Assembly (NCBI GenBank): GCA_963718665.1
Contig: OY970359.1
Coordinates: 160,001-224,000, forward strand
Length of the DNA: 64,000 nt
Source: an uncultured Phycisphaerales bacterium
GTDB lineage: Bacteria; Planctomycetota; Phycisphaerae; Sedimentisphaerales; Anaerobacaceae
Reading direction: 5' to 3'
The notes under the pieces were generated by a model. The model was given only the letters and a program-made list of their open reading frames with translations. It was not told the origin of the DNA and ran no database searches. A program made the translations under genes and the position numbers. The stretch's first letter is position 1, and each line of letters begins with the position of its first letter. This document shows, in pieces, positions 29,910-40,731 of the stretch.

Positions 29910-30974
29910 TCAGACCGACCTCATAGCAAGACCCGCGGCAACAACCATAGCCGGACCTTTTGACTGAATTACTTCAAGACACTGCCTGTCCACATTGCAT
30001 TTCATAGTATCAAAGGGATTCCAGAGGACTACTTTGATGGGCAGTTGTTTGTTGAGTATATCGACGAATCCTTTGACCATTCCAAAAGTTCCGCACACAA
30101 GAAGCTGCTCGACTGGCGCAGATTTGGCCTGAGTGCTGTGATAACGCAGGGTTTCGGCAACGTCGCTGACTAATTTTATGGACGCCTTTTCCATACTGGC
30201 CTGCAGATTCTCCGGAGCTATCGTTGGCGAGGCGGAATCGTAAAGCTCATCTTCCACACTTTTTGCGCTAACGTTGTTTTCTTTCGCAATCTGACCGACA
30301 ATATCATTCCCTGCGTAAGGGACAGTTCTGACAAACGGCAAACCATTTTCGCCCATTACGGCGAGGGTAGCACAGGATGTGCCGATATCGAGAACCGCTG
30401 ATGTGCTGATGTTTATGCCGGTGTTTTTGTCTGCATTAAGACAATTAAGCAATGCGAGTCCATCGACATCCATCATAACACAGGACATATTCGCTTTCTC
30501 TACAATTCGAATTTTACGTTGTATCACATCATTCGACGCAGCGACGAGAACGCCCGCGGCGGTATTGTCGGACTCGTCTGACGGGATAATCTGATAATCG
30601 ACGACGCCTTCATCGACGTTGAATGGGCAGACCTGCGACGCTTCAAGCCGAACAGCGCCATCAAGCTCTTCTGTTTGCAGAGGCGGGAACTTGAATGGTC
30701 GCACTGCTACTTCAGGCCCCGAGACGCTGCATACCGCCCAGCGAGCGTTTTTTCTGGCGAAAACCATGCACTTCTGAACCGCTTGAACAATGTTCTCTTC
30801 TCTGACAGCAACGTCGGCGTTATCCCGCTCGATATCGCAAACGTGGGCGGCAACAACTGTGCATCCGTCGCCGTTTTTGGCAAGCTGAATCATCCTGACA
30901 GAGGATGAGCCGATGTCAAGTCCAAGAACATCATCCTGGCTACACCCGAGCAATCGTTTCCAGTTAAAACTCAT
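29910..30974 (-). CDS. pilM: Type IV pilus assembly protein PilM
   Basis: LGLDIGSSSV, VLDIGTS, WNPF, VAAGLAMR. Confidence 0.9.
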   Translation of the reverse strand: MSFNWKRLLGCSQDDVLGLDIGSSSVRMIQLAKNGDGCTVVAAHVCDIERDNADVAVREENIVQAVQKCMVFARKNARWAVCSVSGPEVAVRPFKFPPLQTEELDGAVRLEASQVCPFNVDEGVVDYQIIPSDESDNTAAGVLVAASNDVIQRKIRIVEKANMSCVMMDVDGLALLNCLNADKNTGINISTSAVLDIGTSCATLAVMGENGLPFVRTVPYAGNDIVGQIAKENNVSAKSVEDELYDSASPTIAPENLQASMEKASIKLVSDVAETLRYHSTQAKSAPVEQLLVCGTFGMVKGFVDILNKQLPIKVVLWNPFDTMKCNVDRQCLEVIQSKGPAMVVAAGLAMRSV

Positions 30975-31435
30975 AATGCTTTCAGCCCTTTCTTCGGCCA
31001 AACCATGCAAAAGCAGTTTTTTCGTACAACCGCCAATGCGATTCAATATCAAACGCCATTCATTCATCGGCCTGCAAAATGGTGTGTTTTAGATATAAAT
31101 TGCGATGAGTGAATAATGTGGCGTTTTTGATATTTATCCATTATTGCGGGTTCCGTATGCCCTATAAGAAACGATGATTGATATCGCTAATGCGTCTTTT
31201 GGGCCTTTTCAGGTCGTTGTGCGGTTATAATGCAAAGCTGAGAAATAGTCGGCTTGAGCATGTCTATAAAACAAAAAGCCCCCTGCCGTAGTTATCGGTC
31301 GTAAATTGGTTTGTCCCGCGTATTGGGTAGTGCGTGCTGTGTCGCACAGCGCAGGACAGCGGGAAAGAACCCCCGCATTAAGAACAATACTTTTAAAGCA
31401 TAGGAAATAAAGTCAACGAAGACAAATTATGAGGG

Positions 31436-31545
31436 AATTGATGATTGATGATTACAGATTGTCGATTGCGGATTAAAAAAATGGTGTGCACAGCACACCC
31501 TGCAAATCACAAAGACGAAGAAATGTCCAACATCGAACATTGAAC
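31436..31545. repeat. Heptamer tracts plus a small REP-like palindrome downstream of the second pilin
   Basis: GATTGAT/GATTACA/GATTGTC/GATTGCG; ATGGTGTGCACAGCACACCCTGC (31481-31503); TCCAACA TCGAACA TTGAACA. Confidence 0.65.
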
Positions 31546-31556
31546 AGAAAAACCTA

Positions 31557-31991
31557 TCAGGGTATTTCGGTAAAATTTCCTGCGCTGTCGAGGGTCATCT
31601 GCCTTGGGGCGGTGGGTGCGTCACCACTGAGCGACTTGGTGGCATCAACGGTAATCAGGTAATCGTTGTACCCGTTGAACGCTATGGAGAAACATTCATC
31701 GGTGAAGAACTTGCCGTCGAGATCCCCGCCTGTCACCCCTGGATTTACGACAAAACCAAGCTGTGTCAGGGTCGTGCCTGGATAATTGTAGCTTGAGCCC
31801 ATTTGCGCACAATAGGTTCGTGCGGCGGTGCGAATAGTGCCGGCGATGGCCTTGCCTTCAGACCATTTGGAGGCATCGGCTCGGTTCAGCATATATGGAA
31901 TCGCCGCGGCGGATAATACGCCGATGATGAAAAGAACTACCATCAGCTCGATAAGCGTGAAACCTTCTTTAGTTCTGGAATTAAATATCAT
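31557..31991 (-). CDS. Type IV pilin (second copy)
   Basis: KEG|FTLIELMVVLFIIGVL prepilin cleavage motif. Confidence 0.92.
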   Translation of the reverse strand: MIFNSRTKEGFTLIELMVVLFIIGVLSAAAIPYMLNRADASKWSEGKAIAGTIRTAARTYCAQMGSSYNYPGTTLTQLGFVVNPGVTGGDLDGKFFTDECFSIAFNGYNDYLITVDATKSLSGDAPTAPRQMTLDSAGNFTEIP

Positions 31992-32075
31992 AACAATCCG
32001 TCTCTCCGGAAGCATCCATCCTTCGCCCCCACGTCTTCTCGCCGAAGAGAATGGCGGTGGCTACGGAATACACAA

Positions 32076-32100
32076 GGTGGGGGTCTTTACAACCCCCACC
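32076..32100 (-). terminator. Hairpin between the two pilin genes
   Basis: GGTGGGGGT-N7-ACCCCCACC; weak U tail. Confidence 0.55.
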
Positions 32101-32158
32101 CTTTAAGTCAACAAACTCAAGCGTGTACCTTTTGTTACACACCAAACCAGACACCGGA

Positions 32159-32578
32159 CTATGGAGTAAATGTTCCGGTATTGTCCAAAACTTCTGTTGC
32201 CGGCGTTGTCGGTGCCTCTGTGCTTGTAGACTTTGCCGCAGTGCACGTAATAGTATAAACATCGTAGCCAGTCATGGCGACAGTATAGCATTCCTCTGTG
32301 AAGTACTTGCCGTCAAGGTCGCTGACTTTGGCGCCACTTGAGCGCAAGGTGAAGCCAAGGTCACTCAGAGCCGTCCCGGGATAGGTCCAGGTCGTGCCTT
32401 TCTCAGCTTCGTAGGCACGAATCGCAGTGCGGATACTGCCCATCGCGGCCTTGCCTTCCGACCACTTGGCAGCATCGATACGGCCACGCATAATCGGTAT
32501 GGCGACCGCTGCCAGGATGCCGACGATGAATATGACCACCATCAGCTCGATAAGTGTAAAACCTTTTCTGTTCATCAT
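32159..32578 (-). CDS. Type IV pilin (probable major pilin)
   Basis: RKG|FTLIELMVVIFIVGILAAVAIP; strong AAGGAG RBS. Confidence 0.93.
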   Translation of the reverse strand: MMNRKGFTLIELMVVIFIVGILAAVAIPIMRGRIDAAKWSEGKAAMGSIRTAIRAYEAEKGTTWTYPGTALSDLGFTLRSSGAKVSDLDGKYFTEECYTVAMTGYDVYTITCTAAKSTSTEAPTTPATEVLDNTGTFTP

Positions 32579-32690
32579 TTGCTTTCTCCTTTTTAAAAAC
32601 TGTAAACCGGTTTAATTACCATTTCCGACTTGCTACTATGCAAATCGGCAAATTTTGGAGGCAACTTTATTACCTCCAACGTCCGACTTG

Positions 32691-33909
32691 TTAGCCACCG
32701 TTGCCGTTGCCGCCCATCGTGAAGATAGGCAGGTATAAGGCCAGGATGACAATCAATACAATCCCTCCGACCGTTACAATCATAATAGGCTCGAGCAGGC
32801 CAAGTACCGTGTTTATAGTGGTATCGACCTTCCGCTCGTAATAATCGCTGGTTCTTTCGAGGACCTGGGGCAGGGAGCCGCTTTCCTCGCCTACCTGAAT
32901 CATCTTGATGACCATATTCGGGAAAAATCCGGCCGAGGCCAAACTAAGCGATACATTTGACCCCTGAACAATATGTTCGCGGCTTCGAATAATCGCGTCT
33001 TTAATTACGTCGTTTTTGGTCATAGTGGAAAGAATATCGAATACCTCGAGGACGGAAACGCCCGCCGCAAGCAGCGTCGCCATTGTTTTACAGAAACTGG
33101 CAACAAAGGCCTGGCTGATAATTTTACCTATCAGCGGTATTCTCAGGGCAAGCTTGGAATAGAAAATGTGACCTTTCGGCGTCTTGTTGATAAAAGTGGC
33201 GACGAAGGCAAACAGAAAGCACGAGCCGATGATGTAAATTATATTTAAACGAAGAAAGTCGTAGAAATCCATAAACGCCTGTGTAAAGGCGGGCAACTTG
33301 CCGCCGAACTGGTCGAATATGGCGCGGAATCTCGGGATGATGAACGTCATAATGCCCGTAACAATCAGGACAATAAAACACAAGACAAATATCGGATATG
33401 ACATAGCGCTCTTGACCTTTTTGGCCAAGCGGTCACGGCTGTCAAAATGTTCCGCGACTCTCTTTAACGCGCCGGGCAGATTACCGCTGGTCTCGCCGGC
33501 AAGAACGATGGCTTTGGAGAGCTGGTCAAAGACCTTTGGAAACTCGGCGATACCGCTGGAGAAGTTTTCGCCCTTTCGCATTTTATCGAGAATGCGATGC
33601 AGCACTTCCTGGAGCTGGAGGTTTTCTATATCGGATGATATGGTTTCAATCGCGGTGGTAATTGGAATACCACCCTCGACCATCGTCGTCAACTGCCAGC
33701 AAAGAGCCGCGATTTCGGCGGACTTGATTTTCCTTCTTTTCTGTTTTTTGGGCGACATGTTTAACGGCTTCAACAATTTCCTGAATCGATATCGGCGTCA
33801 ACCCTCGCTCGCGAAGCCAGCCGATTACGTCATTGGCGGAATTGGCCTGTGTCAGCCCTTCTTTCCGCGAACCCGTTGTATCACACGCACTATATTTGAA
33901 GGTCTTCAT
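32691..33909 (-). CDS. pilC: PilC/GspF platform protein, frameshifted near 33744-33780
   Basis: MKTFKYSA N-terminus is in one frame and AGETSGNL..AMSYP / VGEESGSL..LLEP in another; an A6 run lies at the junction. Confidence 0.88.
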
Positions 33910-34053
33910 TAAAAGAATCCTTGAAAAATCACTCCTCGCTCGTCTAATGTTTGCAGTTCCCTCCGCTGCTTGTGTATCGTCCCGTGGAAAACGGACCTTT
34001 AATAAAACCCGTTTTAACTGCTGTTAAATCAATATCAGCGGTTTTTACGTCCT

Positions 34054-35889
34054 CTATTTTTCAGGCGTTTCCAAAATCACAACTGTCTGCCCCTCCTGCT
34101 CCACCTCTATATCCCCTATATCCTCACTAAACGTTACACCCAGCACCTCCTCTGCAGTTGTAAGCCCCTGAAGCATTTTTATCACGCCACTTTCGAGCAG
34201 CCCGCCATAACCTTTTTCCCTCGACGCAGCCCTAAGCTGCGACTCTGTCGCGGCAGCGGTAACAAGTTCCCGCATTTCATGGTCCATAACCAGAAACTCA
34301 AAAATTGGCAGCCGTCCGTGGTAGCCGGTGTTTCCGCATGCGGGGCAACCCCTGCCACGACAAAGCTTGGCGTTTTTCAATTTTGCCGGGTCAACTTTCA
34401 GCCGTTTCAATACCTGTTCGCTGAGTGTTGTCGGTTCCTTACATTTTTCGCAAATCTTTCTGACTAATCGCTGGGCGACTACCAGGTTAAGCGATGAAGA
34501 CAACAGGTACGGCTCAATTTCCATATTAATCAAGCGAGTTATAGCGCTGGGAGCGTCGTTGGTGTGGAATGTGCTCAGCACTAAGTGCCCCGTCAATGAC
34601 GCCTTTATCGCAATTTCAACTGTCTCTTTGTCTCGAATTTCTCCTATCAGGACAATATCAGGGTCCTGTCTGAGTATGGATCGCAGGCAGGACGCAAACG
34701 TCAGGTCAATTTCCGGCTTGACCTGGACCTGGTTAATGCCTGCAAGACGATATTCAACAGGGTCCTCAACCGTGGTTATATTCACTGTCGGGTCTTTGAG
34801 GTGATTAAGACAGGCATAAAGCGTGGTGCTTTTGCCGCTCCCCGTAGGCCCCGTTACAATCATAATGCCGTGCGGCTGGTTTAGTGCGTTCTTCAGCACG
34901 GCCAGCAGCTCCGGCTCGATGCCGAGCTTATCGATATTGTGTGATGTCCCGGCAGTATCGAGAATACGCATAACTATCTTTTCGCCGTATATCGTTGGAA
35001 GCGTTGATACGCGAACGTCAATATCCCTGCTGGCCGTCCTGATTTTGAGACGACCATCCTGAGGAAGACGACGTTCGGCAATGTTCAGATTCGAAAGAAT
35101 CTTTATCCTGGCAAGGACTGCGCCCTGCATATTCCTCGCAGGAGGAACCATATCTCGCAATATGCCGTCGATTCTCATGCGAATCATCATCGTCTTTTCC
35201 TGCGGTTCGATGTGCACGTCGCTTGCGCGGCTTTTTACTGCCTGGCTCAACAGCAAATCGACAAATTGAATAACCGGGGCTTTGCCCGCCTCTTCTTCAC
35301 TGTCGCTATCGCCGTCCGCAGCCTCTTCGAGAATCGACTCGACTTTTTCGTCGGCATCCCGGTCAAACCTGTCACCTTCCGTCTGCACCAGCTCTCTTAG
35401 CCGCTGTTCCTCCACATCTGAACCGTGATAGATAATCTCAATGGCCTTGCGAATTTCGGGGGCAGAGCCGATGACGACCTTGATAGGCCGTTTTATTTTA
35501 AGCGTTATGGTATCGATAGCTATGACGTTGAGCGGGTCTGCCATAGCGACGACAATTCTGCCGTCAACTTCGCCGATGCCAACGAGGCAAAATCGCTTGG
35601 AGACGGCCTCGTCGAACATTCTCGCGATATTCATGTTGATTTTGGACATGTCGTCAAAATGAAAATATTCCATAGAGAGATGCTCGGCCAGGGCCTGTGT
35701 AACCTGTTCCTCAGTCATCATATTGAGACGAACAATGGCCTCGCCGAGCCGGCCGCCGAACCTGCGCTGTTCATCAAGCACCTTGCTCAACTGGAGACGG
35801 GTAAACACTCCCTTGGACACCAAAAACTCACCAAAAAGATGCGTGGTTTTAGGCTTTTCCATAACAGAGGTCTCTGGAGCTACCTTCAT
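34054..35889 (-). CDS. pilB: Type IV pilus extension ATPase (PilB/GspE)
   Basis: ASDVHIEP, RLPQDGR, GPTGSGKST, LRQDPD, tetracysteine; N-terminal FGEFLV..G / RLGEAIV..MshEN-like motif. Confidence 0.92.
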   Translation of the reverse strand: MKVAPETSVMEKPKTTHLFGEFLVSKGVFTRLQLSKVLDEQRRFGGRLGEAIVRLNMMTEEQVTQALAEHLSMEYFHFDDMSKINMNIARMFDEAVSKRFCLVGIGEVDGRIVVAMADPLNVIAIDTITLKIKRPIKVVIGSAPEIRKAIEIIYHGSDVEEQRLRELVQTEGDRFDRDADEKVESILEEAADGDSDSEEEAGKAPVIQFVDLLLSQAVKSRASDVHIEPQEKTMMIRMRIDGILRDMVPPARNMQGAVLARIKILSNLNIAERRLPQDGRLKIRTASRDIDVRVSTLPTIYGEKIVMRILDTAGTSHNIDKLGIEPELLAVLKNALNQPHGIMIVTGPTGSGKSTTLYACLNHLKDPTVNITTVEDPVEYRLAGINQVQVKPEIDLTFASCLRSILRQDPDIVLIGEIRDKETVEIAIKASLTGHLVLSTFHTNDAPSAITRLINMEIEPYLLSSSLNLVVAQRLVRKICEKCKEPTTLSEQVLKRLKVDPAKLKNAKLCRGRGCPACGNTGYHGRLPIFEFLVMDHEMRELVTAAATESQLRAASREKGYGGLLESGVIKMLQGLTTAEEVLGVTFSEDIGDIEVEQEGQTVVILETPEK

Positions 35890-36207
35890 TCCAACACCTT
35901 AGTCCACATAAGTTCTTTCACGAGCATAATTCACACTAACCACCATGCAAAACCCGGCATTTAAATTAACACAGCCATATAGAACGCCGGGATTATCCTC
36001 CCTCTTTAAAACAGGCAGTCGCACACAATTAAAATATAGAGAAAAAACGGGGTGCTGCCAAAAATAACGGTCTAATAAAAACCTGTGAAACACATCCGAT
36101 GACGCTGCCTCTCTCGTATTTGCCCTCCGCCATCCAAAAGATATTGTTTTATGGGACCGGCACAGTCAATTCGAGACATTAATACTTTCAAAGTCGCGGC
36201 AAATGTA

Positions 36208-36561
36208 TTAAACTTTTTGCCTGCTGCCGCTCGGGGATTGAATTGCCGCCAGAGCAGCAAACTTGTCGTCGGCAAACTCAAATACCTCGTCGAGTCCGAC
36301 CACGCTGAAAACGCTCCTGGTAGCTGACGGAACATTGCAGAATATCAGGCGATGCCCGCAGTCGCTGAGCAGCTTGCGCAAGCGTAAAAGCCCGGATATG
36401 CTCGTCGAGGTCATTATGTCCACGCTCGAAAAATCCACAACAACATCACAGTCGCCGCGGTCTCGGACGATTTCGACAAGTGTTTTAAGCTCACTCCTCA
36501 TCCGCGGTTCGCGCGGCAGGTCAACAAGAATAATATCATCAGACCAGTTCTGAAATCCCAT
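36208..36561 (-). CDS. STAS anti-sigma-factor antagonist
   Basis: VVVDFSSVDIMTSTSISGLLRL with the phospho-Ser position; AGGAG RBS. Confidence 0.88.
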   Translation of the reverse strand: MGFQNWSDDIILVDLPREPRMRSELKTLVEIVRDRGDCDVVVDFSSVDIMTSTSISGLLRLRKLLSDCGHRLIFCNVPSATRSVFSVVGLDEVFEFADDKFAALAAIQSPSGSRQKV

Positions 36562-36609
36562 CACTTTTCTCCTAAAAGACCATACAGCTATATCCTGTTC
36601 CAATCACCC

Positions 36610-36636
36610 CTATCGGCACATAAAGCCGGATGGTTA
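36610..36636 (-). promoter_or_regulatory. Sigma28 (FliA)-like promoter upstream of the STAS gene
   Basis: TAAC-N15-GCCGATAG versus consensus TAAA-N15-GCCGATAA. Confidence 0.55.
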
Positions 36637-36793
36637 ATCAAAAAGACCTGCACAAAATCAGCCAAAAACCCTCGCCGACAACCGATAATAATTCGATTAA
36701 TCGCGACTACGCAAGGACAGGAAAATTGAAAGGATTAGCCAAAAGGGGGCTTGTTTTCCGATTACCGAACAGTAATGGCGACTAATTGAACGG

Positions 36794-38068
36794 CTACTGA
36801 ACTTCCAGACCCAGGGCAGTGATATCGTCAACCTCTGAAGGGGCAATGTTCTGGTTCTGCGCCATCATATTAAATCTGTCCATCATTTCGACAATCTGCA
36901 GGTCTTTAAGCTCGAGGAATTCCTTCATAAAATGAAAGCCCGTCAAATCATCGTAGCTGCCTATGAACGGCTCAGCGCCGTCGGAATAGAGCAGAATTTT
37001 GTCGCTGGGTTGAAGCTGGACTTTGTCCTCGGAATATTCGGCTTCCTTGAAGACGCCGAGTAATGACCCGCGTACCTCGAGCTGTTTTGGCTTCTCACCC
37101 TGCCTCAATAGTATGGGATAAGGATGCCCCGCGCGGGCGAATGTCATCTCGAGCGTCTCGGTATTCAGTAGGCAATAACAGCAGGTGGCAAACTGGTAGC
37201 CGGAAAGTTTCTGTGTGGCCATTTTCTTGTTGAGATTCTTCATTACCTCGGCAGGCGAGAAAATGTGATACGCATTGTCAACGGTGGTTCTCATAACCAG
37301 CGCCTGTTTGAGAAAAATGGTCAACAACGCCGCGGGCATACCGTGCCCAACAACGTCGGCTACATAGAAGCCAAGATGCTTTTCATCAATTCTGACGGCA
37401 TTATATATATCACCGGAAACCCACTCAGCAGGCAAAAAGACCGATGCCCATTTGATTTTGTCGGTATTTGGCATTTGGGTGGGCAGGAAGTCCTGCTGGA
37501 CGAGACCGGCAAGGCGAAGCTGCTCGGTAAGGTTGTCAACAAGAGCACCAGTCATACTGAGCTGCTCGGCGAGCTTGTTTTTGTAAATGGTTTGTATCTG
37601 CTTTGGCGGAATGGCCGGCTTAACCGCTATCCCATCGCTTTTCTTGCGATAGGCAAGATTCACGCTTACCCTGGTCCAAAGCTCATCTATCGAAACGGCC
37701 TCGGTCATCCCCCCCATGCTGAAACTGCTCTTCACCGGCGCCAGTGAAAAACTTTTCACCGGGACTTTTACGCGGTCGGTAATTAGTATTACGCCGATAT
37801 TTTCCATTTCGAGCGTCTCAATTATCCTGGCAAGCTTCTGCTGCTGAGCGGCATCTGAATCCTGGGCGTCAATGATGACCGTTCCGACAAGACCAAGCTT
37901 GTCTCTGACGTCACCGAATTTATCTACGCGCAGGATTTGATGCGTAAGGTTCCTTTCCTTAAGCAGGTGCTTTATTTCCTGTGGTATCTGCTTATCGTTG
38001 GTCAGGTAAAGCACATCAACAAAATGTTTTTGAAGCTCGATGGCACTTAATAATTCGCTCTGGACCAT
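36794..38068 (-). CDS. PP2C/SpoIIE (RsbU-like) phosphatase
   Basis: VSGDIY, VADVVGHGMPAAL, ARAGHPYP, LYSDG, DDIT. Confidence 0.9.
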   Translation of the reverse strand: MVQSELLSAIELQKHFVDVLYLTNDKQIPQEIKHLLKERNLTHQILRVDKFGDVRDKLGLVGTVIIDAQDSDAAQQQKLARIIETLEMENIGVILITDRVKVPVKSFSLAPVKSSFSMGGMTEAVSIDELWTRVSVNLAYRKKSDGIAVKPAIPPKQIQTIYKNKLAEQLSMTGALVDNLTEQLRLAGLVQQDFLPTQMPNTDKIKWASVFLPAEWVSGDIYNAVRIDEKHLGFYVADVVGHGMPAALLTIFLKQALVMRTTVDNAYHIFSPAEVMKNLNKKMATQKLSGYQFATCCYCLLNTETLEMTFARAGHPYPILLRQGEKPKQLEVRGSLLGVFKEAEYSEDKVQLQPSDKILLYSDGAEPFIGSYDDLTGFHFMKEFLELKDLQIVEMMDRFNMMAQNQNIAPSEVDDITALGLEVQ

Positions 38069-38369
38069 TTATTTATCCCCTTTTTAATACCAGCCCGAAC
38101 TGGGCAGTAACAAATGCAATTCAATACACAACGATAATAATCAACAGGCAACAAATATGATTTTCGTCTTGTTCCCCGCAACACTTTGTTAGTTTTTTTC
38201 TTTTTTTGCGTCTTTAGAGATTATCGGCTATAAGCCGTACCTGCCGGGAGTTTTGCGGATTTTAGACCGATAAAAAAAGAGTGCTATTCGAAAATATACT
38301 GATTTGGGTCCGAGAATAACAATGGTTGCAGTGTGATTGAATTTTGTGATGAGTTTTACCCGACAGCCG

Positions 38370-39092
38370 TCAGCCGGAGAAAATCGCTGAACCGATTCGC
38401 AAAATTGTGGCCCCCTGCTCCACCGCAATTTCGTAATCTGAGCTCATCCCCATACTCAGCTCTTCAAAATTATGCCCGACAACCCTCCCGCCCCGCATTT
38501 CGAGGAAAAGCTCCCTGGCACGGGTAAAACACTTGCGAATCACGTCCTTGTTGTGCGTCAGGGGCCCCATCGTCATCAGTCCCACCAGTTTTATATTAGA
38601 CAGGGTATCAATCTGCTCAGCCAGGTGCAGTGCGGCCCCCACGGGAACCCCGTATTTCTGCGACTCCTCAGAGGTATTGACCTGAAGCAGTACACGCGAG
38701 ACGGTATTCATTTTGGCGGCTGCGGCGTTGATTTCCTCGGCCAGACGAAGAGTGTCAACGGAATGTATAAGCGTAACCATAGGCAAAACCTGCCTGACCT
38801 TGTTTCGCTGAAGGTGCCCTATCATGTGCCAGTTCACCTTGCGTGGCATCCCCGGCTCATCGGCGTTATGCTGAATAAACTCATCAACCTGGGTAACAAC
38901 CTTTTTGAGCTGCTGGACCCTGTTTTCGCCAAGCTCGGAGAACCCAAGTCGAACAATCTCCTCGATTGCCTCCTGCGAGGCGGACTTCGTTACGACAACG
39001 AGTTTGACCTCCGCGGGGTCCCTGTCCACGCGGGCACAAACCGAAGATATGTTTTCCCTGAGACGCTTAACACGTTCGGCTATCTTTATCAT
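38370..39092 (-). CDS. yggS: PLP homeostasis protein
   Basis: LVVVTK, GENRVQ, WHMIGHLQRNK, LSMGMSSDY, RIGSAIF. Confidence 0.93.
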   Translation of the reverse strand: MIKIAERVKRLRENISSVCARVDRDPAEVKLVVVTKSASQEAIEEIVRLGFSELGENRVQQLKKVVTQVDEFIQHNADEPGMPRKVNWHMIGHLQRNKVRQVLPMVTLIHSVDTLRLAEEINAAAAKMNTVSRVLLQVNTSEESQKYGVPVGAALHLAEQIDTLSNIKLVGLMTMGPLTHNKDVIRKCFTRARELFLEMRGGRVVGHNFEELSMGMSSDYEIAVEQGATILRIGSAIFSG

Positions 39093-39395
39093 AAACAACA
39101 AACAGCAAAATACACTGTTTCACTCACCCCAACAACACCACAACGGGATATGTCCCGCACGCCAGTAATTTACGCCAATACCGCCTGTGTTGCAAGCACA
39201 TTTGGCAGATTTGAGCATGAGTTTTGAGTCGCCAAAAAAGGTGCTAATTGGGTGTTTTTAACTTGCTTTTTGTGGCTGGCAGGTATATAATAATCAGAGT
39301 TCAGGCAAATTGTTGTGAACAGGCCCAATTCTGAACAACGGGGGCAGTGATACTTTTTGTTTGACAGGTCAATCAGGGGCGGGTTAGATTCCACT

Positions 39396-39512
39396 TTTTG
39401 CCATAGTTATTTTACATCGATAAATACTGCGTTGGAGCAGTTCTTGAACCTCGGCGAGGCAGCGTGGTTTACCGGTTTCCCCCCCAGCCGGCCCCACCAC
39501 CTCGCCTTTTTT
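39396..39512 (+). ncRNA. Candidate ~115-nt small RNA ending in a long hairpin with a C-rich loop
   Basis: TTGACA(39361)-N18-TAGATT; hairpin 39453-39506 followed by T6; no + strand gene to terminate. Confidence 0.5.
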
Positions 39513-39513
39513 A

Positions 39514-40728
39514 TTAATTCTTAATCACCTTTTGGCCTGTAAAATGCCGGCTTAAAATCACAAAAACCGCAATAGCCGCAATCGCAGTCGCCCCGCCAAA
39601 GATAAAAGTATAAACAGGCGATTTGTCCCATAAAAATCCCGCAACGATGCCAGCGGGCAAAGCGGCCAGACCTGTAATAGTAGAGTATGTTCCAAGAGCG
39701 GTCGCCTTGTAATCAGGTCCCGCCAGGTCGGATACCAACGCCCTTTCCGTGCCGTCAACTGCCGCGAACACCACGCCATATAACGCAAACAGGATAATAT
39801 AAAACCCCAGCGAATTGCAAAATGCGAAGCCAAACGACACAACCGCGAACAGCCCGAATCCGAAAATAAGAACCTTCTGCCGGCCAATCTTGTCTGAAAC
39901 AACTCCCAGCGGGATAGACAGCACACTGTAAAATATATTGAAAAGTACATATAAAAGAATCGGTGCGGTAGTCCTCCAATGCCCCTCGAACAAATGCTGC
40001 GACCTCAGGACAAAAAACATATAGCTGAAATTGCCGAGAGCAAAAATGGCAGCCACCAAAATAAAAAGCTTCAGAGGCCTCGGCAAAATCGACAAGCTGA
40101 GTTTCAATTTTGCGTTTTGCCGGCCTGTTTCCGGCTCGCTGACAAACCGAAGCGGAACCAGCGACGCAAGACCTATTACCGCAGAGATAATTATTATGGC
40201 GTTGAATCCAAGCCCCGTGAATTGTAAAAATAGAAACGCTACTCCCGCGCCAAGAACGGCTCCCGCACTATCCATCCCACGGTGAATGCCAAAGCTTTTC
40301 CCCCGCTGAGCCGCGTCCACCGATTCGGCTATGATAGCATCGCGAGCAGCAGTGCGAAGCCCTTTACCAACCCGCTCAACTGAGCTGAAAACAACCGCCC
40401 CACCGGCTGTTTTTGTCAGACCAAGCAAAAGTTTGAAAACCGAGGAAATACCGTAACCCGCGTAAACGAATATCTTCCGCTTGCCCGTTTTGTCCGACCA
40501 GTACCCGCACAACACCTTCAATAAGCCCGATATGCCATCACGAATACCGCCGACAAGGCCAACAATCTGCCCCGTCGCCCCCAGCGATTCCAAAAACATC
40601 GGCAGTATGGGCATTATCATTTCGCTGCTCAGGTCATTGAGGAAACTGACTATACTGAGAATTATGACGTTCCTAAACCCGCCCTTTTTGCCGGCCTGCG
40701 GTGAGCTTGCCGAATCCGTGTTTTCCAT
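39514..40728 (-). CDS. MFS transporter
   Basis: About 12 TM segments; GYWSDKTGKRK and GVVSDKIGRQK loop motifs. Confidence 0.92.
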   Translation of the reverse strand: MENTDSASSPQAGKKGGFRNVIILSIVSFLNDLSSEMIMPILPMFLESLGATGQIVGLVGGIRDGISGLLKVLCGYWSDKTGKRKIFVYAGYGISSVFKLLLGLTKTAGGAVVFSSVERVGKGLRTAARDAIIAESVDAAQRGKSFGIHRGMDSAGAVLGAGVAFLFLQFTGLGFNAIIIISAVIGLASLVPLRFVSEPETGRQNAKLKLSLSILPRPLKLFILVAAIFALGNFSYMFFVLRSQHLFEGHWRTTAPILLYVLFNIFYSVLSIPLGVVSDKIGRQKVLIFGFGLFAVVSFGFAFCNSLGFYIILFALYGVVFAAVDGTERALVSDLAGPDYKATALGTYSTITGLAALPAGIVAGFLWDKSPVYTFIFGGATAIAAIAVFVILSRHFTGQKVIKN

Positions 40729-40731
40729 ATC

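Noticed and set aside
39396..39512. 6S RNA
   Set aside because: Too short, with no end-to-end rod and central bubble; kept only as a generic sRNA candidate.
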